Shown here piece after piece: positions 1-11,447 of a stretch of DNA of 64,000 nt (position 1 is its first letter; every line of letters begins with the position of its first letter). Origin of the DNA: Marsupella aquatica. Lineage: Eukaryota > Plantae > Marchantiophyta. A model generated the notes under the pieces. It saw only the letters and a program-made list of their open reading frames with translations, did no database searches and was not told the origin of the DNA. Location of the stretch: contig OZ316895.1 in NCBI GenBank assembly GCA_973895155.1, forward strand, positions 6,808,184 through 6,872,183, in the 5' to 3' direction. Both the position numbers and the translations under genes were made by a program.

Positions 1-92
1 CAACCTCGGTTGCCCAGTTGAGATGAACGGAAGTTCGAAGGCTCCATCTCAACTCCTAAACTGAGATTCTAAAATTTTTGAAATAACTGATA

Positions 93-280
93 TGAGTAGA
101 GTTATCAACCACTGATAAGTAGAGTTATGAACCACTAACCACTGATAAGTAGAGTTATGAACCACTGATAAGTGATGATGTTATGTACCCTCCTACTCAG
201 ACTGATGGGGCGCTCGAATAAACCCTTGTTGTGTACCCTCCTACTCAGCAGAAAACTGAAAAGACTGATGGGGCTCTCGA
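93..280. repeat. Short tandem repeats at the window start
   Basis: ACCACTGATAAGTAGAGTTATGA occurs in ~3 copies (93-172). TGTACCCTCCTACTCAG...GACTGATGGGG occurs twice (184-280). Confidence 0.85.
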
Positions 281-3182
281 GTAAACCCCAAAGGAGGGTC
301 ACCCAGAGCGATTTGTCTAGAACATACATCCTCCGCCCTACTATACTAAGAAAAGGCAACTCCTTCAGTAAAGAAATAGAGTACACGGTAGAGATGCTCT
401 TACCCTACACAATCTACGTTGAACTGAGCCAGATCAGTAATGGAGGCCCCACTCACATGGTTTGCATGTAGCGCCGTAGCGGGGCCGGAAGAATCACAGA
501 AAAGTGGACCGAAAAAATGGGTAGTACGAACCGTCATCATTATTGCCTTGCTGCTGCGATTTTGACGCAATTGTAAGGGTTTGGCACCCTGCATTGAGCG
601 GTAGTTCTAAAGATAAGACTACTGTAGCATAGTCAACCTCGTGGGCATAATTATTCTGTTTTGCAATCGACGGAATGGAGCTTTCTTATTAGAGATCGAC
701 AGCGCTTCGTTGCATTCGCCGGCTCTCGAGTATAATGTGTGAAATTGACTCCATTCGGTTTGTGTGTGCACGATCAAAATACAGAGGAGTTGTTAATACA
801 ATCCAATTCAAGGACCTGGGTTGTTGCTGGCTTCAATCGAAACGAAGTGGGAGCCTTTAATTTGGACTTGAAATCCGATTCTTAAGCAAGACTGCAGACC
901 CTTGGCAGGATTTTATCAACTCTGACGCTAACCCACGTTGCTTTACTGCTCCAGTTTTCGGTGCCCACAGAGATGACGATGACAGAAATTTATACTTTAA
1001 TCAATCTCGCTACCTAAGAGGCGTGGTAGTAGGAAAGGTTGGGACAAGCGTTAGGAGAACATTTCAACTAACTACGAACTGATTAAGACTACCTAAATCT
1101 ACATAATGTATGCCGAGTAAGGACAAGCTTCAATTTACAATGGATTGAAGTTCGTAACTTCAAAGGTACTCAGGGAAAGCATCTTGAGAGCTGAATTGAT
1201 CGGATCGAGTGTGTTGTTGAACAAAGAATCTTGAGGGAAGCTAATCAAATCCAGGATGCAGAAGAGTGGATGAGAGCTGATTAGAAATTGGGAGGGCCGT
1301 GCCATGAAGGTGAGACAGTGGAGGACGTTTAGACGCTACAAATTGCAAAGAGACGGTAAGCCCGCATGCCTTAGCAAACATTGGTGGAAAAAATGATGCA
1401 GCATGTGGTGAGAGAAATGAAAACGATAGAGGACATTTCTTAAAAAAGGGTAGAATTCTTACAATATGGCAGCTGTGCAGCGGTTGGTACACAAAGGGGA
1501 GACAAATACTCGCGAAATGATGCCTGTATATACTTAAATTAAGATACAAATTGAGCAATAACACAACCATTGACCTTAACGATGAACAAAGGAGGATGCT
1601 GTGCTGTAGCGTTCATGACCTTAGCAATCTAGGGTCTCACCTTCCACCTCTTTCATCCACTAAGGACTGATGGATTCAGTGACGTGGGAAGATTGACCAT
1701 CTTGCGTTGATACAACGATACAACTTTACGACCAAGGCATTATGAAGACTAGGCATATAGATGCTGTCCAAGTCGTCATCTCATAATTGACAAATTGGAC
1801 TGTTTTTTCTTGATCTTCCCCCAACACTCACGAACAAATCAAACAAAAACTCGGTGGCAGCTATGGAGCATGATAGACATGATGCGGTTGTTGCCTCAGG
1901 TCCTGCTGAAGAACTATCAGTCAGTGCCATAAGAGATGACTGTACCGTACAAAAACCAATATACCTACTGGCTGAGAGAGATCTTTGCCAATGTCCGTGC
2001 GGCGAGGGAACTACTACAACAGGACAGCGTTTGATGTTCAACGGTGTACCTGGCTGCAATTCTGATATGTATTTGGTGTGATGATCTGTAATTCGCTCTG
2101 AAGTATCGATGCCTCTATTTGGACACCGACCTTCGGGCCCAAATCGACAAAATGGCTTGACAAGATATTATGTCAAATTAGGCTATCAACTAAAACGACT
2201 TCTGCCATTCAGGATACAGAGTATTTCAGAACACGAGATATCGTCCTCGTCATTCATAACGGTTAACCTGTGAGTTGTCTTTGTTATGCTTAGAGAAACC
2301 AACGACAGCAACCAAACTAAAGAACAAAAACAGAAAACGAGCACAAACAGGGAACATCTTCCGGCTTATGAACTCTTGTCACAACACTTCGTAATATTTG
2401 CCACATGAGTAAGCACCTGGCGCTTCGTAATCAATTCTCAATTATGAAGCTCACCGAGCTTAAAAGCCGGGTGTGTGGGAATAACTCCAGTAAAGGTCTT
2501 TGACGCTACGGGCCGAACTTATCCATCAGAATCTCAAGGTTCTCAAGGTAAAATTTCCTTCGCTGACCTAAAGTCTCAAAAACTTTACAAATGTCGACGA
2601 CAGGACGCAAAATTGTGTAGCGAAAGCTTGAGTTCCTGTGCCTCAACTACGAAATTCGAAACGAAATTATTTTGACTTCAGACGGAAGATTGCCAAACCA
2701 AATAATTGCGTCGGCTTCACTTCAGTCAAATCTATTCAGTCACTTGTGAAGTATATGTTCAAAGTTCATCGAATTCAAAAATCAGATCATGATACAAGGA
2801 TCTGGTCACGAAACCGAAAGAATGTTGAAGAACGAGGAAGGTCACGAGCTATTCCAGTGATTCCTCATCCCTCCTAACATACTACTTGTCATAATCTGGG
2901 AGAGTAAGTTCCGCCTCCAAGCAGAGGTCTCAAGAGTTAGGTTAGCCCTCCCTCTCAGGTTTTTCGCTATAGCCGGCTGCTCAGACAGCGAAATTTGGCC
3001 GCCCAGACAGGAAAGCAGTGATCGAGGGCTCATATCTCTTCCGTAAGGGTCTGATAAACCGGAAGAATCTAATATGGTCAGCGCGACATTCTAGCTGATC
3101 TCTACAACTTCTGAACAGTCAGAAGGTGTAAACCTTGATTTCAAAGCTCTCAATGACGTTAACACACGCGAGTATGTACACT

Positions 3183-4676
3183 TCATTCGATCTTGGAGTC
3201 CTCGTTGTACGACATATTTACAGTATGATCGTGATGGGTCTTGATTGCTGCGATGTAGCCCGCAACGGCCTTGTAATCAACGCCATACTTCTCGCACAAG
3301 CGGGCAATAATCGGTTGCAGCTTCGGGTGATGACAATGATTAACCGTCGGGAACAAATGATGTTCAATCTGGTAGTTCAATCCCCCGCTGAAGATAAAGC
3401 AGAACCTGCTTCTCACCCCAAAATCCTGGGCAGTGACCACCTGGTGTTTGAACCAGTCCTTATCCTCAGCGTGCGCAGCATCGGGGGTAAGATGGTTGAT
3501 CTGTGTGTTCATCATGAACAACATCGAAAACCAGAGGTATGGGATGAGGGCGAATGCGAAGCACCGAGCCCATGAGTCAAAAACAAAGAATGGCCAACTA
3601 TGAACCCCTACAATAGTAGCAACACGTCCAACAACATGCATGGCGAGCCTCATCCCGCTGATCTCCTTCATCGGGACAGTTTCATTGTAGACTTTGTACA
3701 TCAGCATCCAGAGGTCTTCCATCGTGGTCATTCCAAACTCAACGGCGACAGACCACCAAAAGAAAATAAATCCCGCATGTCTTTGCTTCTCGTGATAAGG
3801 AATCCACTCCACGCTCTTGTGCTCTCGTTTCATCCAGTAATGGTGCAACAAATCTGGGTCCCGGTCTGCAATATTCGGATAACTGTGGTGTCCAATGTTG
3901 TGTTGATGGTACCATGTGAAAGGGCTTGAGAAGTGAGGCCACACGTACGGGACGAAAGCATTCACTCTCCAGTTATGGTGCAGGGAAAAGTGTGCAGCGT
4001 CATGAAATGTGTTCACTCCCACAACCCACACGCTGAGTGGAAACAGGAACAGGGAAGCCCATTCACCACGCACAAAGCCGACAGTTGCGTAAAGAAACAA
4101 AACCGCCATGATAGCTATCTCTAACCATCGTGATGGTGTAGCTTTCGTTGCTTCACGGATCGAAATACCCCTTCGTTTGGCTTCGATCTCGAAGTACTCC
4201 TTGACTTGGAATCGGACAGCTTCCCCGAACTCGCTCTTCCAGATGAATGGGTGGTCTGGAATTCCATGCTGTTCTTCGAGAGTCAAGTACGCCTGTGATT
4301 GAGCCTCGCTCACCTCATACTTCTCCAAAATGGCATCAAGAATCTTGCGGTGGGTGAATGGATGGTGGCTCTCGAACATCACCGTCCCATCTCTGCTCGC
4401 AGCCAGCCCCAAAGCCACAGGGCCCCCGGGATGCAACTTCTCGAAATCCGTCAGGTCATACCATTTATTGTGAATCTTTGTGAGGAGTCTGCCTTTCGGC
4501 AGCGTGCTCTTTAGGCTCCCCGTGTGCATAGTGCTCACATGCCGGCCCTTCGGCGGCACGGTGGTCGTTGGTGAATGCATTGCGGAAACAAAGAACCACC
4601 AGGCCACTCCAAATCCAAATCCAATCGACGCCTCTGTCCTCAACCCCTTTCTTGATCCAAGATGACTACTAACCAC
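3183..4676 (-). CDS. Cytochrome b5-fused front-end fatty acid desaturase (delta5/delta6-like family), intronless
   Basis: 497-aa ORF. Cytochrome b5 heme motif HPGG (LHPGGPVALG), histidine boxes HDAAH, QHNIGHH and QIEHH (Q in box 3 is diagnostic of front-end desaturases), and several hydrophobic segments. The start codon is uncertain: the ORF opens on GTG, with an in-frame ATG at MHSPTT. Confidence 0.93.
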   Translation of the reverse strand: MVSSHLGSRKGLRTEASIGFGFGVAWWFFVSAMHSPTTTVPPKGRHVSTMHTGSLKSTLPKGRLLTKIHNKWYDLTDFEKLHPGGPVALGLAASRDGTVMFESHHPFTHRKILDAILEKYEVSEAQSQAYLTLEEQHGIPDHPFIWKSEFGEAVRFQVKEYFEIEAKRRGISIREATKATPSRWLEIAIMAVLFLYATVGFVRGEWASLFLFPLSVWVVGVNTFHDAAHFSLHHNWRVNAFVPYVWPHFSSPFTWYHQHNIGHHSYPNIADRDPDLLHHYWMKREHKSVEWIPYHEKQRHAGFIFFWWSVAVEFGMTTMEDLWMLMYKVYNETVPMKEISGMRLAMHVVGRVATIVGVHSWPFFVFDSWARCFAFALIPYLWFSMLFMMNTQINHLTPDAAHAEDKDWFKHQVVTAQDFGVRSRFCFIFSGGLNYQIEHHLFPTVNHCHHPKLQPIIARLCEKYGVDYKAVAGYIAAIKTHHDHTVNMSYNEDSKIE

Positions 4677-5931
4677 CCTGCCTGCACTTCGATGTACTCA
4701 CGCGTGCCGCTCACCACCACCCGGTTCAAATTCGGGCTTCTCCTGCTCCAAAATAAAAGCGCTCTCCACAACAGCGCCACTCAACGAGAGACGATTCAGA
4801 CTCGAGTTTCTTCACCAATCTCAACTTCGGCTTCAGAGGATCCAAACAAGGTTAGACCCAAGACCAACCCTTATACTCTGCGCACCGTGGAGTGGTCTTG
4901 AAGCCGCCAGCATCCGCTCCGAGATCCACTGAGAAAGCACTTTGATGGAGGACCCACAAGCTTCATACGCAAGTCGTCATGTCATATCGTGAGAGCTACC
5001 CCGAATAGGGATGCTCCGCTGCTCCAACCGATTCCCTGCGACTACCCCGCACAACTAGCAGACTTGACGACCACTCCAAGCGCACAAAACAGCATTCTGC
5101 GCTCCTAATATGATGACGACGATTCACGCGTTCTTGTATCTCCGCACAACCCACCCCCTGTGCATGCAGCGCGGCCTCCAACCTCTGCCTCCAATCGCTC
5201 TTATAGCAATGGCGAAAGGGGAGGCGCGGAGCCGATGGCATGAATTGGATGGATCAATCACTGCGCTGGCCCGCTCGCTGGCAACTCGACCTCCCCACCG
5301 GTGCTCTAATTGCTGTCGGTTTGGACACTCATCATCCCTTTCGCAGTTCGCTGCTTTGCTTTGCTGTGCGCCTGTGCGTGACAAACTACCACTACTGTAT
5401 CCGCTGGACTCTGCGTGGCGACGCCCTCGCTCCTGTGATGGACAATCACTCTCTACTGGGCGGTGAAATTAACGAATGCGATTGGATGCGAATAATGCAA
5501 TTATCATCAGTCTACAGTAGTAAAGAGTTGTACACAGTCCTTCAACAAAACTGATTCCGATTTTGAATCGTCCATCGCCGAGGCCGACGAGGAAGAGGCG
5601 GAGGGAGGCTGCGGACCTACCACGAAGGCAACGACTCCATCGCTGGTCCGCCTGGTCGACTGCCATTCACGGGGAACTACCCTCGACCTCGTCACTGCCT
5701 TGCCACCTTGCCCTCCCAGTTAAGTTTCCCCACGTCCCGGCCCGCGACTGTATTCGGTATATCGCACGTAGGTGACGGTCGGTTACTCGGTTCTCTACCG
5801 GTACCGGTACCCGTACCCGTCACCGGGTAGGCCCCACTCCGGCCGGTTGGGCCCCATGCAAACGTTTTCCTGAGGGCTGAGGTGGCATGTGGGCGCGAAC
5901 TCGATCGGGCGACATTTTTTGACGTTACTTA

Positions 5932-6336
5932 GGGGGGCTTTACAAGACGGTGGGGGCAGTTCACTCTCTCTTCATCCAGAGCAAAGCTGATGGCCATTTT
6001 ATTCCACAAAAGTTAAAATGCCTGAGCCAAAATGTGTCAGGTTTGGAAGTAATCAATGCAATTCCCTTAAAACAAGCGGCCGTTTGCTCCAAGTTTTTAG
6101 ACCACCTCAAGAGGAGGTCTAAGTTTTTGACAAAAAAGCTTGCACACCTCACCAAAAAATGGGACCCACAAGGGGCCCACTGACAGATGACTAGGTTCGG
6201 TAATGCTTTTTGTTCATTGTGCCCCCAAGTTCATGTAAAGTGAAGTGTGGCCAATTCCCACATATGAATGGCTAGGATTGCATCTTTCACTTAGAAAAAA
6301 TGGAATGGCTGCCCCCAAGTTCTTGTAAAGCCCCCC
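5932..6336. mobile_element. Tourist-like MITE (PIF/Harbinger superfamily)
   Basis: TIR GGGGGGCTTTACAAGA at 5932 and TCTTGTAAAGCCCCCC ending at 6336. TTA flanks both sides (5929-5931, 6337-6339), consistent with a 3-bp target-site duplication. No coding capacity. Confidence 0.85.
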
Positions 6337-7024
6337 TTATTACTACATCACTCTTAATTCACTTGCCCTGCTTCAATTGTTAAAAAATAAAATAATTGGT
6401 AGATTGTTAAATTTTTAAATGTAATTTATTGGAGTTTACTGTCTTGTATTTTCCGTGACTTGAAAAGTGTGTTATACCTCTCTCATTTTGTAGTTGAGGC
6501 AAATTTGGTTCCCCAGTTGGAAGGGGTCACAACTGTAGCTTATAATATCTCCCTGAAGAACCTTTATTTAATGGGTTTCTTTTCTTTCTTTTCGTGAGAC
6601 TCACCATCCAATCCTCGAGAAGATGCCTGTCCTGTCACACAGGCCAGATGTGTCACGTGTAGCCTCACACACGCGACATGATGCAGATTTGAACTCATGA
6701 TCCAAACGAGGATACGGTGCTCAAATGTCGGAACAAGTCTACACTGGAGAAGTGCTTAGTAAAAGTAACTCAAAAGAACTTGAAAATATTCTTAGGTTTC
6801 ATGTTCATAACGATGATACAAAAATTTCAAAGTCAAGTGTGGTGAGTGTCACACTAACTGTTTTCGTTACCCTTTCTCCTATCAATCTCTTGTATAAGAT
6901 ACCATAAAAGTAATTAATGGATCATTGCTTAGCAAAAATTGAATCATGGTCCAGGATGAACATGCTATACTGTATGGGTGCAGAGTCAATCTAAGTTCTC
7001 ACTCAGTGGAGTTACCCCGTCTCA

Positions 7025-8402
7025 GAGGGCTTTACAACAACCCGGAGCTGGGGCACAAATTTTCAGTGTTCATTCATTGCAAATTCGAGATTCAATAGGG
7101 TGTCTCAGTTGGCCATTTCCTAATTTTATTGGATCAGCCAGTTAGGGGGCTAACTGCTGTATGTTTGTCGGATCAGCCCCCTCAACATTGTCAAATGTTG
7201 AAATTGATCATTCGTTTTAAAGGGTGTTGACACAGTTGCACGGACCAATTTTGTTGTGAAGGCTGGTGCACCAACAGCTAAGGGCCACTTTACAAGACGG
7301 GTGCGGCAATTTAGTCCCTCTTTTTTCATGATCGGATAAATCATAACCGTTGTTTCAGCCTGCCCGGGCGCTCCTTGCTTTAGAAGACTGGCGCGGCAAG
7401 TTGAGCTACGGGAATAACCGAACCTGCATTCTGGTATGGATCAGCTCGGGCCAGCCGGCTTGGGACTCTCATCCAGGCGCTAGACTATCGGACCTCCGGA
7501 GGTGCGAAGTTGGGCAGCCCGCTTCCTCCTAGGATTCCTGCCTTGGATTGGTCTAGAATCCTACCATACCACTAAAAGTTGGGCTCTTATAGCCCTGGTA
7601 GAAAGCACTCAAATTGCCGCGCCCATCTTGTAAAGTGACCCTAAGTTAGTGGCCATAGCGTTTCTAGTGAACCACAGATTTTAAACGTATGACACCCCCA
7701 GTATTCCAATCCCCCTAAAATAGCTGGTTTGAGACACTTGATTGCATCGACTAAAGCTAAAATGCTTTAGCCTAAATGTGTGAAGTCCAACAAATATACA
7801 CTAGAGACATACATTTCACTCAATAAATAAGTATTTATTGAAAAGTTGTGAATATGGGACGAAATCTCAAATAGTTGCTCGTGAAGTTTGGAAAGAAAAC
7901 GCATCTTCTAAGAATATTCAAAGCATTGTTTTTAGAAAACATTGGCCTTAAAATCGTAGTTAAAGTAGAGAAATGAAATCTGGGAGAAATTATATATGGC
8001 ATTGAGCTATAATTAGAAAAATATATCAACTTTTCCGTCAGTGCATGCGAAAACCTCATAGTAAAAACACAAGATGCTCAGTAGAAACGAACCGAGGGTC
8101 CATTCTTTTTGACCAACTTTTTCACAAAGAAAAAATAGGCACATCAGCCAAAAAGGGGGACCCACAAGGGGCTGACTAGCATGTGACATGGACAGAGAAT
8201 TATTTTATCAGATTGCGCCCCAACTTCACGTAAAGTCAAGTCTGGCCCAGAGGTTGGCTAGGCCAGATAATAATAGTTTTATCAAGATTGTACTCCCCCA
8301 CGTCCATGTAAAGTGAAATCTGTCCCACATTTGAATGGCTGGGATGACATCTTAAACATAAAAAAACAATACCGACGTCCTCGTTCTTGTAAAGCCCCCC
8401 CC
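7025..8402. mobile_element. Larger non-autonomous PIF/Harbinger-like element related to 5932-6336
   Basis: Left end GAGGGCTTTACAACAA, right end TTCTTGTAAAGCCCCCCCC, TCA on both flanks. Bases ~8110-8400 resemble ~6120-6336 (GGGACCCACAAGGGG, GCCCCAA.TTCA.GTAAAGT). TIRs are imperfect. Confidence 0.6.
7282..7641. mobile_element. Tourist-like MITE nested inside the 7025-8402 element
   Basis: 31-bp TIRs GGGCCACTTTACAAGACGGGTGCGGCAATTT and AAATTGCCGCGCCCATCTTGTAAAGTGACCC (3 mismatches). TAA duplicated at 7279-7281 and 7642-7644. Confidence 0.9.
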
Positions 8403-8978
8403 TCATTGGCTCTCTCCGGGGGCCGGACGTCCCCGGTTTCTCTTGGTGTGATCGCCAAGTCTTCTCTACCTGCCGCCTTCACTGGTAATTGCTCGTCGGC
8501 TTCCTGGACCGTTTTCTGAGGTGCCATGTGGGCGTGAACTCGATTGAAGCTATGACGCAACGGGCTTACCCGCCTCTCATTTCACAACACTCTTCATGCA
8601 ACGCACCCAGCAAACGAAGCTATGGAGTGCTCTGGGTGGACCTACCATCGACAATTAGTAGGAAGCTCCATGCGAGCAAGACACGTAAAACCTTTTTAAT
8701 GTATATGGAATTTGTTTCCAACTTGGAATCGATTCCCCTTTTCTGTGATTCTCTCACCGTCGGAATGGCGGTGTTAACAAGTACTGTAGTGACTATGGTG
8801 TGGTGTTCTGGTGGGCTCAACGCCTTGGATTGTATCCCGTTCTGTGAGGAGTTCGGGATGGCGGAGTGGCAATGGCAATAATGCGAGGAGGTTAGGAGAA
8901 GGACGGGGAGCGTGGTCGACCTCGGAAGCTCGGTGGAGCTTGCGGTCGCGGAGAGTGAGCGAGTGAGGATCTGGCCCG

Positions 8979-10731
8979 ATGTTCGCGGAAGTGGAGTTTG
9001 AATGGACAGTGCTTGTGCAGCCCGATGCCATGAAAAGCAGTGCCCACATCCACAGAGCAGTGGTGAGTTTTCTTGCGTAATCTCCTCTTTCTATCCTTGC
9101 TTGCATTTCTCTTTGCCCCATCGTTCTCAATGGATATGAAGGACATCCATCACGTGGGGGCACGGTAATGTGTTTGAACACGTGGTTAAATGAATTGGAA
9201 TGCTCTGTGGAGAGAGACATATGGAGACATCAATGATCAAGTTAGAATATGTCCATGATTTGAGGGTTCAGGGTCTAGGGTTGTGGCCTCATTGTCATGG
9301 GGAAGAGAATTGAGGATCGAAAATTTGAGGGGAATTTGAGCGATTAGTCCTCCGGCCTCGCGGTCTCTAGTTGTGAGGGAATTATCTCTTGCATTTTGGA
9401 GCTGGCGGATTTCAAATTTGGAATGAACATGGCATTGTTGTCTGACAGAGTTCCCCGTCTTGAGACAGATTCTGGCGTTGCATAAGGATTTTAATGATGT
9501 GAAATGCACACCGCAACATGGCTACCACGTTGTGCTCACTACGCTTGAGAACATTGGAGAAGGAAGATTGTGGGAGCGGAGGGGATGTGCTGCATTTCCA
9601 GTTCGGTTTCGATGTATTGTGTTCAGTCTATTCGACAACGAGCATGCGTTCGCTGTGGTTACCGAGGTGTGCACTTTTTTCTCCAAGGAGGAGTCCCCTT
9701 TTGTTTACTGTTTGCCGCATTTGACAATCCGTACTGTAGTCGGTGTTTATTTCTACCGGTTCCTCAATCTGGCTGCAATGAGATTTGTTCAAGAGAGCTG
9801 TCGTCCTAGATGTGAGCCGTGAGCCGTGAGCCAGGAAGAGAAGAGTCATTTATTTTTTGGAGCCTAGTATCTGAAGGAGGTAGAACCTAGGAGCAAGAAG
9901 GACGTAACTCTTAACTGTCGTATCTCAACGAGAGAATTGGCAAGCTCTCCATTACTTACAACCTACTTAGAGAATGACAGTAGTCAGCTTCCTCCCTTTC
10001 CCAGTTAGATTAGAAGTCTGTTGATTAGTTCAATTCAAATTCCTTTATTTACTCCTCAGCATCATGGTCACGATTATTTCCTCAAAAGGCCCCTAGTCCA
10101 TCGGAGAGGAACTCTGCCTTATGCTGCTACAGGACACTGGATGAGCCTACGAAAGGGGCGCAAAGGTGCCGAGTATTTGGCACAGCGAGGAGTAAGAGAA
10201 TCTGATGCACAATGTGTGTTTTCATGGTAGACAAATTCTGTTGGAATAGTGAGCCAATGTGGCCCAATGGAGCTACTCATCTCAAAAAGAAAAATGAGAG
10301 ATTACGAGTTTTTGAGCATGGAGGTGGACTTACTAGAAGTGACGAAATGGCGTCACACCATTAATGGAACAACGATAAAAAAAGGAGATGTAATTCGAGT
10401 CGAAGTACTCTGGACCAAATGGGATCCCGCCCAGCGAACCTTGTCTGCTGAGGGCTCTCTTCTTCGAGAGTATGCGGGCGCTGATGAACGATGGCCAGAG
10501 CCGAAAGAAGCGACCACGACGAACCCGCAGCAAGCGGGTGCCACACACGATGGGTGGGGAGAACCGGCCTCGAATGGCGATGGAGGTAGCAGGTGGGGAG
10601 GACCTATCACGACGGAAGATGCAAGTATCAGCGGTTGGGGACAATCGCCCCTGATTGAAGCTTCAGGTAATGGCGGGTGGGGAGAACCGTTCCCGAATGA
10701 GGACGACATTGGCGCTTCGGGATGGGATTGA
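8979..10731 (+). CDS. NRPE7: DNA-directed RNA polymerase IV/V subunit 7 (NRPD7/NRPE7-like, RPB7 family) with a GW/WG-rich C-terminal extension; 260 aa
   Basis: Exons 8979-9062 (MFAEVEFEWTVLVQPDAMKSSAHIHRAV), 9469-9666 (ILALHKDF...GYHVVLTTLENIGEGRL...FPVRFRCIVFSLFDNEHAFAVVTE) and 10231-10731 (TNSVGIVSQCGPMELLIS...IRVEVLWTKW...GSLLREYAG plus tail). Both introns are GT-AG, phase 0. The joined protein is colinear with the plant NRPD7/E7 pattern (MF..V...W.V; GY.V..TTL..IGEG; FPV.F; CGP; KW; SL...Y.G). D7 versus E7 cannot be resolved from sequence alone. Confidence 0.9.
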
Positions 10732-10750
10732 CACCCCCACTGTTGAAGCG

Positions 10751-10920
10751 GCCAGGAAGGCTGTCTGACGCAAACTGTACAGCAATGCTCGAAGCATTTT
10801 GGGTTGATGCAAAGCTAGAGAAGTGGCCAGGATGGCTGTCTGACGCAAATGTACAGCAATGCTCAAACCATTTTGGGTTGACGCAATAATGTACAGCTAT
10901 GTGCAAAGCATTTTGGGTTT
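10751..10920. repeat. Degenerate tandem repeat (~74-bp unit, ~2.5 copies) just downstream of the subunit 7 stop codon
   Basis: GCCAGGA.GGCTGTCTGACGCAAA..GTACAGCAATGCTC.A..CATTTTGGGTTGA recurs at ~10751 and ~10825, with a partial copy at ~10888. Confidence 0.85.
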
Positions 10921-11345
10921 GTCGTCAGTGAAGGGGGCCTACCGAATCTCCGTCGTCTGCTCTGAGAAGGCTCGATCTGTATTGGGGGGTACTGACTTTC
11001 CCGCCAATCCCCTCCCAGCTCCCACTGGACTACAGTAGGTGAATTTTCCGTTGCACATGTTAGCGCAACGACCTCACAAAATTTGGGCAGAGATGAGATG
11101 AGATTCAGGTGAATTGTGAGGTTAGGGGCCAGTAGGGACCGGGTGTGCAGGAAAGTTTTTTATCGGTACCCTGGGGTTGCACTCCCATGCTAAGGATAGG
11201 TGTTGCCAATCCAGCCCTAGGAGGTTTATGCTGGATGAATAAATAGGGGTTCTCAAACCTCAAAATCTTAAGGCCTTTGACGTAGTGGTTAAGGGTAAGG
11301 ACAGAAAAAGTTATGGACCACCAAATTAATGATCCATAACTTTTT

Positions 11346-11447
11346 GGCTTGAAAAGTGGTCATATGCCATGACCATAAGTCTATGTAGAGGCTAGTGGCT
11401 TGAAAAGTGGTCATATGCCATGACCATAAGTCTAGGTAGAGGCTAGT
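11346..11447. repeat. Two-copy tandem duplication (51 bp)
   Basis: GGCTTGAAAAGTGGTCATATGCCATGACCATAAGTCTA.GTAGAGGCTAGT occurs twice. Confidence 0.9.

Noticed and set aside
320-345. Polypurine tract followed by TGT on the minus strand as the start of an LTR
   Set aside because: No second LTR or integrase motif is visible in the window.
740-2040. Apparently protein-like + frame (IDRIECVVEQRILREAN..., YWLREIFANVRAARELLQQ)
   Set aside because: It has about 18 stops in ~420 codons, close to random expectation, and no recognisable motif. BLASTX would be needed.
8774-9220. Minus-strand 148-aa ORF resembling a secreted peptide precursor (hydrophobic stretch, GPDPH, RKL)
   Set aside because: It is the antisense shadow of subunit 7 exon 1, its leader and intron 1, which explains the region far better.
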